NCBI RefSeq assembly: GCF_009914755.1
Contig: NC_060926.1
Direction: 5' to 3' (one strand)
Source of the DNA: the human T2T-CHM13v2.0 reference genome, Homo sapiens
Length of the DNA: 64,000 bases
In this document: positions 1-18,242 of the stretch, one piece after another
Layout of the letters: every line of letters begins with the position of its first letter
Position numbering within the stretch: position 1 is the first letter of the stretch
The notes under the pieces: generated by a model
Told to the model about the DNA's origin: nothing
Databases searched by the model: none
The model's input: only the letters and a program-made list of their open reading frames with translations
Made by a program: the position numbers and the translations under genes

Positions 1-244
1 GCTGATGTAGAGAGTATTTATGATAGAATAGTCTAACAGCTCTATGAAGAATAGATTGGCAAATATGGCAAAATAGCAAAGATCAATAAAAGCCATTTTA
101 GTAAAACAGTGAAGAAAACAGCATGTGGGATTGAGAAAGAAAGGAAAATATGAGGTATATTTCAAAGGAAAGAGTGATAGCTCTTTATTCATTAATCCTT
201 CATCAGGCACTCATTCAGTAATTCAACACACATTGAGCATATTT

Positions 245-684
245 GTTACGGATGGAATTATATGCCCTCCCACCTGTGTTGAAGTCTTAACCCCCCTAGT
301 ACCTCAGAAAGTGAACTTATTTGAAAATAGGGTGCTTGCAGATGTAATTAAGATCAGATAAGAAAAATCCTCTTGTTTTTCCTTAAATATTGAGTAAGGT
401 GGACCGCTAATCTTATATGGCTGGTGTTCTTATAAAATGGGGGAACTTGGGCACAGACAGACATGCATAGACAGAAGATGAGGTGAGAAGACACAAGGAG
501 AAGACAGGTCATCTACAAGCCAAGGTGAGAGGCTTGAAATTGATCCTTCCCTCACATCCCTCGCTTAGAATGAGCCAACTCCTTAATCTCAAACTTCTAC
601 CCTACAAAACTGTGGGAAAATAAATGGTATTTGAACCACCCCGTGTGTGGTACTTTGTTAAGGAAGCCCTAGAAAATTAATGTA
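245..684 (+). mobile_element. MLT1B-like solo LTR (ERVL-MaLR)
   Basis: Starts tgttacgga; contains gttgaagtcttaaccccctagtacctcagaa and catctacaagccaagg; ends gtggtactttgttaaggaagccctagaaaattaatgta. Confidence 0.85.
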
Positions 685-867
685 ACATCGAAGGTGAGAA
701 ATATTCTTCTAGACACAGGAAACATAATGGGTGGTGATGTCCCCGGCTTGGAGGAACCACTTAATTCATTGCTTAGGCAAATAAAAGTGCACACCATGGT
801 GACTGTCACTGCAGAAATATGAAGTAATTGCACCTCGGAAAAGAGGCAAGTTCCACTGAAGAGGTGA

Positions 868-1329
<462 letters not shown>

Positions 1330-2083
1330 GGATGGGCAGAAATTTATGAGGAGGATAATAAGGTGGAAAGGGTATTCCAAAAGGAGGCAAATACGTGGGA
1401 CTTGAAATGACTTAGAGAGCTACAAGAACGTGAGGGTGGCAGGAGGGGATGTGTCCTGGGAGGGAACTGAGAAATGACAGACCACTGAAGGCCAGAATGA
1501 GTGGTTCAGCTAGAAAGTGTTTATCCTAAAAATGAATATGGAATTAGGATTTAGAATTCGAATTTAGGATTTTTATCCAAAAACTAATTAAGAATAATCA
1601 ACATTTTAGAATCAGATCAGTGACATGAATGCATTGGATATTTTTGGAGGATAACTTTAAGAGGAATGTAACAGGTAGGAGTAGTGAGGAAAGAAAGCAG
1701 CCTGGGCTCAGACAGGAGGCTGGCCAGGTGTCCACTGAGAGAGCCTGAGGCAACGGACTTAGGCAGTGTCAGAGAGGTTAGAGGAAGAAAGGCAAGGACC
1801 CAGGGGCATTTATGAGTACAATTAGTTTGAGTTAGAATCCGAGGATGCAGGTGGTGAGAGGGAGGAATGAGATGAAGATAATTTTAAATTAACCTAAAGT
1901 TTCAGGACTTAGCATAATGCCTGGCAAAGGCAGGGGCTCTATAAAGGTTAATTATTAACGTGGCTCCCAGTCACCCCTGGTAGAAACCTAGGTGTAAACA
2001 TAAGAGGCAGGATTCATTTAGAGGAAGAATTGGAAGGGGTGAGGTTGGTTTGTTCCTTTACTCATTAAAAAGGTACATTGAGT

Positions 2084-2456
<373 letters not shown>

Positions 2457-2829
2457 TTAAAGCAAAGTAGATTACAGCATCAGGAATATTTTGAGAATTA
2501 GTAAAAAACACATATTGCTAATGCTAAGAATATTCTGATCTACAGTTGGCTTCCACAAAAGCAAGAAACAAACAAAAAACAGAACCAGATAATTTTATGC
2601 TACATAATTTATTTCAAAGTATTTTTTTTAACCACTCAGTTCATCTTAAAAAGCTGTCTGACTCAAATCTTGGATAATGAAACCTAACATAAATACCACA
2701 CATACAAAAGAAGACACTCAACCAAAGGAGAAAAAAGAAAAACTCCAAAATAATTGTAAAATAATCTGATGGAAGAGAGATATGAAAAATCTTGCCATCA
2801 AATTTTCAAATGCCAGAGAGATTTTCAAA

Positions 2830-4240
2830 TCCAACCCACCTTCCTCCTTTTCTATTGTCACCACAGATGGGCTGTCTGGTATTCTCAGATACCAGTTTCC
2901 CCACATCAGCCCTGGATGCCATCCCTCATCAAGCCTAGCCCCCTATCACTAACTCGTTTCTCTCAATCTCTTCCCATGAACATCCAAGTCTCTCCCATCT
3001 TGTAAAAAGGCTTCCCACTTTGCTGCCACTTTCATATCTCTGGTTACCTTTGCATGGCCAGGCTTCTTTGAAGTGTCTACAAGGCTACTTACTCATTCTC
3101 CTCCAACTACCTCCTTCCCTCCTGCTCCATCCCCACCCTTCACTCAGGGCAGTCTGTCTCCTGATTCCCTGACGCCACTGAAACTGCATTTACCGGAGAG
3201 ATACCCACAAAATATCTGAGTCTGACACAATGGCAATTCTTACCTTTCTTACTCAAACTTTCAATCACATTTGTCATTATTGACCACTGCCTCTTTTTTA
3301 AACAGTGTTACCCTCTTGATTTTCCTTAAATTTCCCTAATTCTTCCCTTTAGAACCTTCTCTTGAGTTTTTCCCCTTTAGCATGCCCTCAGATCACTGGT
3401 TCCAAAGCTTTAATATGAATATAAATCACATGGGCCTCACCATAAGAGACAATGGTTTTATAGATTTAACAAGCATCGAATTTCTTCTAAGTCAGGGGAT
3501 CCACTTGAGAATCTCTTTCTTAAAGTTAGGGTTCATCAAGAATCCATCATAAGCCATGATCTGTCCTGATTCCACTACCACCCCTACTGAAAATTTTCAT
3601 TTACTCCTATAGCTTTAATGCCTATCTAGACTTTGATGGCTCCCCAAACTCTTCTTTCATGCCATAACTACTCATGGCTTCCAGAGCTGATATACAGCAA
3701 TCTACTAATTTCCCAACTTGAATACATTGATCTATATAAATCACAGCCCTCAAACTTCACATGCTCAGACTAGACTCATGATAGTCCCCTCTCAGCATGT
3801 CTTCCCTGTTTTTATATCTAAGCAAATAGCTGGTTGCCCAGCATACACGCCAGTGCCTCATCCCAGAGTCTTTGGTCATCAAGTGCTGTTTTCAGATGTG
3901 CTGCACTCACCTCACTTCAATGACTCAGTGTATCTTTTTCTGTGCCTGACATGTTTGTTCCCTTTATCCTTCAAGTCTTTTAGATTTCTATTCCCCTGGG
4001 AAACATTTCTCAAATTGTTTAGGACCCAGCGAGGTTCTTCCATTAAATTTCATACATCAATATCATAAGATATAATATATTTTATTGTAATTATTTATTT
4101 AGCCATCTGCCTCCATCTCTAGATTGTAATATTATTACTGGGAGGGTTTGTTTATGTTTTACTCTTTACCATTAGTATCTTTCACCTATGTCTCATTTGA
4201 TGGAAAGTCAATAACTTATTGTTGAATAAATGACTAAATA
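2830..4240 (+). mobile_element. Degraded L2 LINE
   Basis: Pyrimidine-rich L2-like body ending in an L2 3' tail (ttattgttgaataaatgactaaat). Confidence 0.55.
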
Positions 4241-4959
4241 ATCCAACATGACAAACAAAATGTAGGCAAAAGTCCTTGCAGAAGTTTTGGCCTCTCAAGT
4301 AAAAAGGCAAACCCTCATCAGAAGAAAGCTGATTACCCTTTGTCCTATGTGGAATATGAATGTGTGCTAACTCACAAGTAATATACTTTCAAAATATTCA
4401 CAAAGTTTATTTAAAAATTTTGAAGAAATTTATCAAACATTCTAAAATTTCTACATTACATTTTCTTCCTTTCTTTTGGAGTCTGGTAATTTATTTTCCT
4501 ACAGGGTTCAAGGACTTCTCTTTCAAAGGCTTTGTTAGTGACTCTGGAAAGGAGTTAATATGTCTCCTTTCTTCTCATAGGATACAAATGAAAATTATTC
4601 TAACATTTCTACTTTGAAGAAAAGTCTGTTAATCTTAAAAGAGAGAACTAAAGTTCAAATCAAAGAGTTGTTCTTTCTCTTTGTTATCTGTTGAAATCAT
4701 CGCAACAATTTCTAACTAAGGAGCTATTTCATTTCTTATAGTTTGTTGAAAGGAAATATTACTAACCTTTGGTGTTTTTAATTGCCTGAGCTTCTTAAAT
4801 GTCTGTGTTCTTTTTTTGTACACATTCTTGAAGAAATTCATTATATTTCTTTTTCTTTTGAATTTGATTTTTTCATTTCACCAAAGTCAAATATTTCCAC
4901 AAGCCTTACAGTGAAAATTCACCAGGACCTTGTCCTTTCTATTTTAGTCTCCAGTTACC

Positions 4960-6224
4960 AGAGGCAATAATTTTCAACAGTTTCAGTTGTGTCTTATGAT
5001 TTAGACTTCCATAATTTTTACTGGTATTATTATTGTTATTTCTTTATTTTTCTATACTGTATTTTTAATTATTCCATTCTAGTATGATCCAGTGATTTTC
5101 TAATGTGAAATACTTAGATTTTATGCCAAATATTATTTGTGATTGCATCACTATTAGATAATTAAATTATTATTTTACAAATATTATTGACAGGTAAGCT
5201 ATGAAGAATCCAACAATGCATTTTATTTCTTTAGTTTTTTACTTATTTTTACTTTTTCTGTTCAAAATAATTTTAGTTGCTATTATAGTTAATAATTTTC
5301 TATTTTTGCGTATGTGAGATGGTGTGTATTATACAACTATTTTCTTTTTAATAGATTATGTTTCTATTATTTTTGCATATATCCAGCTGTAGGAATTAAA
5401 TATGCTTTTTGAATTTATTAAAATTCAACATAAATTAATATTCCTATCACTTCCCAGACAAAGCAAGAGGCTTAAATTCTTTAAATTCAACTATACTGCT
5501 TCTTGTGTTATTTTCATGAATTTTAAATTTATGTATATCTAAACTCCACATGATTTTGTTATTGCTATTATTGTTGTGTATAGTCAGTATTCATACAGAT
5601 TTATGAAAATATTTATCCTTTGTTTTTCTTTTTATTCTTTCTTGCATTTCTGTTTCCACCTAGGTTCATTTTCCTTCTGCCTAAAAAACTACTTTAGTAT
5701 CACTTTTTCTGTGGGTTTGCTAACAATACATTCTGTTTTCTCTTACAAGAAAATGTCCTTATTTTACTTTTACTTTTTTAAGGACCATTTAGCTGGGTAT
5801 AGAATACAAGTTTACCAGTTCATCAGTTATTTTTATTTTCTTTCACCTCATTGCTTTCTGGCTTCCCATTTTTTAAAAGAAGTTAGTTGCCAGTCTTACT
5901 ATTACTTCTTTGATAATAATGTGCCTTTTGTTTTTTATCCATCCTTGGCCTTGTCTACTGTTTAAGTATTTGTCATTGGTTTCCTGTACTTTGATTCTTA
6001 CATGTCTATATATTTTTTCTTTTATATTCTTTTTGAAAGTTGTATTAGTTTGTTTCTGGTATTTATGCTTAGGGTTTATAGTGCTTTTGAAATATGCAAT
6101 TTGATATCTCTCACTAGTTTTAAAAATTTTCAGTCAGTATCTTTTCAGATATTGCTTCTATCTCATTGTTTCTTAGACTTTTGTGACTACAATAAAAAAT
6201 GAATTAGATATTTCAGCATAACAA

Positions 6225-6262
<38 letters not shown>

Positions 6263-6560
6263 ACAAACACATTTCTTATGCCCTTTTCATTATTTTTTAT
6301 TCTTTTTTGTCTGTGCTTTACTCTAAGTATTTCCTACGGAATCGTCTTCCAGTTCACTGATCCTCTCTTCAGCTATACGCAATCTGCTTCTAAGCACATG
6401 TAAGATCTTATTTTTTCTAGACAAATTTTATTTAGCTCTAATTCTGTTTACTTCTAGAATTTTCATTACATTTTATTTTGATTTTGAAAATATTGATACA
6501 AATTCTTTATCTGTTTAGTATATAATTTGGTTGCTTTAAAGTCCAAGTCTGTTCACTATA
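4960..6560 (-). mobile_element. Old L1 (L1M/L1ME class) fragment
   Basis: T-rich sequence with antisense L1 motifs such as aaggaccatttagctgggtatagaat and tcttccagttcactgatcctctcttcagct. Confidence 0.65.
6227..6271. repeat. (CA)n microsatellite
   Basis: Visible CA dinucleotide run with two interruptions. Confidence 0.95.
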
Positions 6561-7754
6561 ATAGGGATGTGTTTCTTTTTTTTTTTTTTTTTGATTTTTT
6601 TTTTTGTTGGTTGTTTGTTTTTATCTTTATTATTGGTAGGTCTTAGATTTGTCTGAGAACTTCTTTTCCATTCCAAGAGCTGATGGGGTTTGATATTCCA
6701 CCAAGCTTGTAAACCATTATGGGAAATCTCTGTTTAAAAATACAGAAGAGGTCACCAATTATATCAAGTCATTGTACAAATTAGAAAACGATTAACTTCC
6801 TGGAAGGACTCAGACTTGAGGGCTTAGACATGGTGGGTCTTAAATTAGTGAGTTGATGGCTTTCTGTGAAGAATAAAGTAACTTTTCCTCTCTCACCTGA
6901 TACAGCTTAAAGACATAAAGCATGGTGAATAGAGAGTGAACTGAATTTCAGCCTGTACTCATTCTGTCAGTGAGGTGTTTTTGTGTAAGGTGCAAACTAA
7001 GAAGCATTTCATCATGGTCCCACATGTAGGTTGCCATACATAAAATGTGATCCACAAAGTTTGAATGGAACCAAAGAATTTTTCAAGCCTGTTCTGGGAA
7101 TATGAGGTCTGAATCTATTTAGTCTATAAAGTTTAAAATCTAATAAACATATATACAGATGTACATATATCTATAGAATATAAAATTTGATATTAAATTT
7201 TGATATAACTAACATGTAAAAAAAAACCAATGTAATATATTAAGATATTATCAAAAGCACATATAAGACACTTTTAGAAATGTTGGCAGGGGAAACTATG
7301 AACTGATACAGGTAGTTAATATCAAAAGCTCTGCCAATTTCTTTCATTCATAGGATAGTCTTTTTTGTTGCACAAATAAACACTTCCACCAAGACAATGA
7401 TGACAAAAATGACAATTATATAGGAGAGAGAAAATTACTGGAGCAGTTTTGTGGACTGGATCCAGTTATAAGTGCCCATTTATTGAAGCTTAATATAGAG
7501 TCTCTACACTGAGCTTTTTAGACAATTTATAAAAGAAAATAATAAATGACCAAAATAAGCAGTAATGCTTCTTTTTAGGGAAATAGCTAAAAATTATCTC
7601 AATTTCTTGTTGAGTAGCTCATATATATTTATAACATATATTATGTTTATTCATCTTTTATTTTCTACTTCACTGATGGGGTTGCTCATACTATCAGGGT
7701 ATCTGATTATGAGAGGGTCCTAAGAAAAATCATATAAAGTCAATAGGAGAACAG

Positions 7755-7965
7755 TTTTTTTGTTGTTGTTTGCTTGTTTTTTGAGACTGAGTCTCGCTCT
7801 GTCACCCTGGCTGGAGTGCAGTGGTGCGATCTCGGCTCACTGCAACCTCCCCTCCTGGGTTCACGCCATTCTCCTGCCTCAACCTCCCGAGTAGCTGGGA
7901 TTACAGGTGCCCACCACAATGCCCAGCTAATTTTGTTTTTGTATTTCAGTAGAGACAGGGTTTCA
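7755..7965 (-). mobile_element. 5'-truncated Alu (AluY-like)
   Basis: Antisense right arm plus part of the left arm; gggttcacgccattctcc diagnostic. Confidence 0.9.
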
Positions 7966-7984
7966 GTTTTTACACTCCAGTAAG

Positions 7985-8885
<901 letters not shown>

Positions 8886-9424
8886 TAAAAGACAGACAAG
8901 CTTTAGAAGTTAATTTATGACTGAATAGATAATTTTAGCTTCCTCGAATATTTACATTTTAATGGTGCAGGCAGGAGAAAAACCCAGGAACACAGTGATA
9001 TTCCTGAATTATAGAGCAGGGGACACGAATCTTGTCTTTCTCCTGATGGAAATATTTTACATTCTAAAGGGTTAGAGTAAGAACCTAAGATCCTTTCCAT
9101 TATGTTTCCAAAAAGGCTGTCTCAGAAGAGGAAGGGTGAGCAGTCATGTTTATCTTATATTTAAACATTCAGTTTCACGTTTTAGGGGGTTACTCACCTA
9201 CAGCATGAACCCCTTACATGTAAGATGACATCTGTCTTTTATCATGTCATCTCAAGAGAAAAAATTTGGGTGCTAGGGAATTTCATATTTTTTACTACAA
9301 ATAAATAGCACTGATGTGTTGTCCTCTAGAAAACTTGTGAGTGAATTATGAGTACCATAATAAATATAGGTGTAAAAAATTTAACATACACAAACTTCAA
9401 ACTATAGGAGCGAGAGAAAAAATA

Positions 9425-9530
9425 TATAAAGATGTTAGGTTGCTGACTTTGAAGATGAAGTTAGGGGTCACAAGTCAAGATATGAAGGAAGCCTCTAGAA
9501 GTTGAAAATGGCAAGGAAAATAATTTGGGG
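9425..9530 (+). mobile_element. MLT1 LTR fragment
   Basis: tgctgactttgaagatgaag...gcctctagaagttgaaaatggcaaggaaa matches the MLT1C/D core. Confidence 0.6.
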
Positions 9531-9541
9531 TAGCAAAGAAC

Positions 9542-9951
9542 TGTAAAATTAAATAATTTAAACTTAACTTAAACATAAAGCTGTTGGAACTTTAAATTAT
9601 CCTGAGCCATGAAGGAATGTGTCTATGCAGCCTGAGACATGTGACATGCAGCTGCCAACTTCTGCTTTTTCTTCATAAATAATTAAGACCAAACACACCA
9701 GAGACAAAACTACCTGGCCTCAGAAAGTAATAAGCTTCCCTGGAGTGTAGCAATCTGTAACCAACCAAACCACTGTGGCATATGCACCTGGTCTTATATG
9801 GAAAATGTTGTGATTCTGCTGAAACTTCTTTATTTCTACCTATGTAAGTGAAACCTTAACTCCTGCACTCGTACGGCTATCCTCAAGCTCTGTGCTTGAA
9901 TAAACTCTGTACTTAATCATATGTTCTAAATCTCATTATTTAAGGTTGACA
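9542..9951 (+). mobile_element. ERV1-class solo LTR (subfamily not determined)
   Basis: TG...CA termini, AATAAA at 9899-9904, and the ttatttaaggttgaca ending typical of MER4-group LTRs. Confidence 0.7.
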
Positions 9952-9959
9952 AAAGGTAA

Positions 9960-13480
<3,521 letters not shown>

Positions 13481-14164
13481 ACAAATAATATGTATAACGG
13501 AATTCCATTAAAAAAACAAACTAAATCATGAGCATATTTCTATAAGCGCAGACAATGGTGTAAGAAAGCAGGGAAGCACAGGAACATCTCTAGCCTCTAT
13601 ATTGCTTGACTTGATGCGATGCACACAAATGAATTTTCTATGAGCTAATAATCTGTATTCTTAATCTCGAATCTATTAAGATGTAACGGTAAAAATCATA
13701 GCTCAGTTATAGCATTTTGTTCAAAATCTCTGCATTAGAATTAGATTTGACCCACCTGACCATTACTCACTCTTACTTGGACAAGTTTTCTAAAAAAACT
13801 CCATATTTTAATGACAATATGGTCACAAGAATAGCACATTTCTCATTTAATGTTTACATATTTGCTCTTATAGATACACTTATGTCACCAAGTGCTTACA
13901 TAAATAATACGCCAATAAGTAACACATAATCATGACACTAAGAATGCAGTACATTTGGGTTTCCGTTCTTAGGTGCAACTGCCAGAAAAAGGACACAGAG
14001 TTTAATTATAATAACTAAACAGAATATAATGTAGGAATGGAAAAGTGATATTAAGCCTGAGAAGAACTGAGTATGCTAGTGAGGAGAGGACAGGAGAAAG
14101 AAGGTACTCAGCCTTTGGTATTTCTCATGTTGTGTAGCGAGGAGTCAGAAATTGCAGTCCAATT

Positions 14165-14476
14165 GGCTGGGCACAGTGGCTCATGCCTGTAATCCCAGCA
14201 CTTCAGGAGGCCGAGGCAGGCAGATCACTTGAAGTCAGGAGTTCGAGACCAGCCTGGCTACAATGGTGAAACCCAGTCTCTACTAAAAATACAAAAATTA
14301 GCTGGGCGTGGTGGTGGGTGCCTGTAATCACAGCTACTCAGGAGGCTGAGGCAGGAGAATCGCTTGAACTCAGGAGGTGGAGGTTACAGTGAGGTGAGAT
14401 CACGCCACTGTACTGCAGCCTGGGTGACAGAGTGAGACTCTGTCTCAAAAAAAAAAAAGAAAAAAGAAAAAGAAAA
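14165..14476 (+). mobile_element. AluS
   Basis: Full dimer with polyA; diverged TSD agaaattgcagtccaa / agaaaatgctgtccaa. Confidence 0.95.
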
Positions 14477-14624
14477 TGCTGTCCAAGTATAATGGGTGGA
14501 AATGAGGCTTAAGCATATTATTTAACATTTCTTAGGTGACTACCATCTTAATTAAGAAACATTGAGATGAGAAGGGGATGGTAAAATAGGCCACATTTCT
14601 CATTTTTCATGGTAAGCTATTAGT

Positions 14625-14710
14625 AGATGATCAACTTAAAGTTGATATACCAAGATGATCAACTTAAAGTTGATATACCAAGATGATCAACTTAAAGTTG
14701 ATATACCAAG
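14625..14710. repeat. Perfect tandem repeat, 3 x 28 bp (AGATGATCAACTTAAAGTTGATATACCA)
   Basis: Identical units start at 14625, 14653 and 14681. Confidence 0.97.
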
Positions 14711-14819
14711 AATTACAAGTATTAGCTTAATACTGTAAGTAACCACTAGAAGAACCTAAAACCAAAGCAGTCCAAAGAGACGGCTCTGAGGAGTGGGTCC
14801 GTGGGTGATATGCTTTTAT

Positions 14820-15260
14820 TGTGTGGGCCAGTTATCAGTTTATTGCCTCTCGGCTCTAATTTCCTCCTTTATTGCCTGGTCTGTGAAAATGCATCTGAGC
14901 CGTTTAAATGCTTGTTTTTGCCAGCTAGCATAACATTAAGTTTTGTTGGTAGAGGGCTCTGGAGAGACACTACAGGAGAAAAGGGCTATGATTTCTGCTT
15001 CCACTGTACTCTCTAGCCAGCTCCTGCAGTGCCCAGAGCTTGGGTCCTGCAGCATGCCAGCTTCTCCAGCACAGTGGCCCTGCGGTGCTTGGTGGCCAGC
15101 GGCACTCTATGGCTAACAGCCTTCCCGACACCTCCCTCAGGTGTGTTTGTAGAGAATTTCCTCCAGTGAGACTTGTCCCAGGGAACAGTTTTCCTTAACG
15201 CCCTAGTGGGTGGATTTCTAGCAAGTTCCAGATAGACACCTGTTAACACCCAACCAGCAA
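14820..15260. mobile_element. ERVL LTR fragment (LTR41-like)
   Basis: ttgcctctcggctctaattt...tttgccagctagcataacattaagttttgttggtagagggctctggagagacact resembles the recalled LTR40/41 consensus. Orientation not established. Confidence 0.55.
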
Positions 15261-15333
15261 TCCCTACACCACAAATTCAGGACATTGGACATTCTCATTG
15301 GATATTTGTGAAATAAGTTATATATTTAAGGTG

Positions 15334-15620
15334 GGGGCTGGTGGCTCACACCTGTGATCCCAGCTCTTTGGGAGGCCAAAGGGGGCGGATCACTTGAGGT
15401 CAGGATTTCGAGACCAGTCTGGCCAACATGGTAAAATCCCATCTCTAAAAAAATACAAAAATTAGCCGGGCATGGTGGTGGGCGCCTACAGGCCCAGCTA
15501 CTCAGGTGGCTGAGGCAGGAGAATCACTTGAACTCAGCAGGCAGAGGTTGCAGTGAGCCAAGGTCGTGTCATACTCCAGCTTGGGTGACAGAGCGAGACT
15601 CTGTCTCCAAAGAAAAAAAA
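15334..15620 (+). mobile_element. AluS
   Basis: Dimer with A-tail; TSD tatatatttaaggtg on both sides. Confidence 0.95.
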
Positions 15621-16311
15621 TATATATATATTTAAGGTGAAAATATGTTTTGATGTATTGGGTGGTCCTGGTGTACAACTGCTGTCCCTATGTAATTGTT
15701 AGGAGTAGCTCTTCACTTCCAAGTATATCCTATTTGGGAAACTTATTATACACTGCTTCTAATTGTACTATTTGATAAGAGTATGTAGTATTTGTCTTTA
15801 TCTGCAAACCTTTATTACGTCCCCATATAATCTATATACTGGGTTTGTTTTGTTGTTGTTGTTGTTGTTGTTTCTTACTAAGAGCTTAACCCATCAAACA
15901 TATGAATGACTTTGTCTTTGGTCCCCAATATTTCTCTAAAGCACACGTTAAGCCACCTTGCCCTATATCATGAAACTATTGCAGTGACAGGAACTGCCCT
16001 GTGCCCAACATCAGCAAAGTCATGCCTGGTCTCTCTCCAACCAGCTCTCAGATCTTTGTTGCCTTATGTCTGCAGAGCTCTGCACTGGGCATGAACTCAA
16101 AGGTTGTTGCCTTGCTGTTCTTCCTGACTTCTAGTACTCAACTAAAGGGCACTTTGGCAACTTTTCATATTCCTGGAAAGAGCTTAAGACTGGTTTAGTG
16201 TCCCTTGTCTAACTGAGTAACTCCAAAACCAAGAAAAACAGGCCATAGTGTTAACAACGTATTCTTGGGGACAGAGTAGACCAGAAAGATGACACTGAGA
16301 GGCTAACTCTA

Positions 16312-16692
<381 letters not shown>

Positions 16693-18191
16693 TTAAGGAT
16701 GGGGAAGGATGGGGCGGGATGGGGACATATTGTGGTTATTGATCAGGTAGCAGGGTTGAAACAAGGGATAATCAGGTAAAAGTCAAGATAAATAACAGAG
16801 AAAACAAGTATTGGGAAAGTTAGTTGGTGGCTAGGCAATTACTTTTTGTCATAAAAAGTCCTGCAAATACTATGTAGTACAAAGAATCTAGGAAGCAATG
16901 CTGTTTTGTTTGTGTTAATGAGCACTGTCCAACAACAGCTGCTGAGAATCTCTCTCAGCTCCTGGCCATGAGGGTAGGAGAGTGTCCATGAAGTAGTTAC
17001 ACCACCTGTTGAATAAAGACAGTTGAATCTTCACAGTCAGCTCCCTCTCATTTTAGTCTGAAGAAAGTGCCTCTTCTCTTACCCCTATTGCTTACCTGAA
17101 ACCTTGAGAACAAGTCAAAGGGGCAAAAAAAGAAGACATTCAATTGCTGTGTGTTATAATTTTCCTTGACAATTTGGTTGAGAAACATTGTTTGTTGCAG
17201 ATCATGGGACAACCTTTTGAGACCACTTATATCCAAAGATCGAGTTGAGTGAGTGCTCTTTGGAAAGATGAGTAAGGATGGGAGTGAAGTTAGGACGCTT
17301 CACTTGTGACCATTGATGACTTAAGTTGCCAGTTCCCCTCCGTTAATGACAGATCACACTTGACAACATCCTGAGGCACAGAGTTCCATTTTCTGAAATT
17401 ACCCAGGGCAGAAATTTACCCATTTAGCACTGTCATTCCTACTTTAAGTGGCCAAAAGGAAAGAAAATTTCTTTTTATCAGAAAACACTGAATTCAGTTA
17501 TGGAAAATGAGTGAGCTTCATTCTGATAATGTATACGTGGTTACTGTTCAGGATCGCCTCTGGTGCCTGGTGTCAGTCAGCCACAGTGATGAGCATGAGG
17601 GCAATGAAACCCAGAGCAGTCAAAGAGATCCCTGCTCTTTTGCATTGGTGGCTATTGTCCAGTAGGGGCCAATCTGAGCTCTTGGATTTAGTTTAGAGAG
17701 GAGGCACTACGTGCATAGAGGCCAGAGAATGACACATTCGCTGGGTCAAACTTGCAGCTGGCTCAGGATTTTTAAATGAAATTTCAATTAAAATGTTGGT
17801 TTGGTGTTTTCATGCATTCAGGCAGGGAGTAATCACTTCTGTCCAGTTAAGAGAATAAATGGGGCATTTGTTTACCCAAATCAATAACAGCAACAGTAAT
17901 TTGAAATCTTTGAAAATATTTATGCTGATAATGTAAGAGACTACATAGGTGTGAGTTGAAAAGTAAATATATAAAAATGGATAACATGCATCAGATACCC
18001 ATGTTGGGAAAAAATTCCGTGTATTTTTTCTTGACATATTCAATATATCTTAAACAAGGGTTTACAATTACCGGTTCAGAAGCTTCCCCTGCCTTCTTTC
18101 CACCCAAAAACTTACAGAAAAGCAAAACTTTACTAACACAAATAAGAGCTCTGAACAGCATTTGAATTCCCATCACACCACACCTGGTAAG

Positions 18192-18242
18192 AATCAATCT
18201 ACCAGAGCGTCATCAATCATGCTGAGGCTGTCAGTTTTGACA
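18192..18242. promoter_or_regulatory. Candidate PBX-HOX + MEIS/PREP composite enhancer motif
   Basis: Minus-strand ATGATTGATG (18211-18220) and AGATTGATT (18192-18200); TGACAG (minus, 18228-18233) and TGACA (plus, 18238-18242). Confidence 0.4.

Noticed and set aside
5576-6202. Hydrophobic F/L/I-rich ORFs resembling membrane proteins (also 48343 and 63347)
   Set aside because: Artefact of T-rich antisense L1 sequence.
7130-7740. Possible hAT transposon remnant
   Set aside because: No TIRs or convincing peptide motif could be read.
14625-14710. CRISPR-like palindromic 28-bp direct repeats
   Set aside because: Units are head-to-tail with no spacers, there are no cas genes, and the context is primate DNA.
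17659-17671. CCAGTAGGGGCCA as a CTCF site
   Set aside because: Mismatch at a high-information G of the core.
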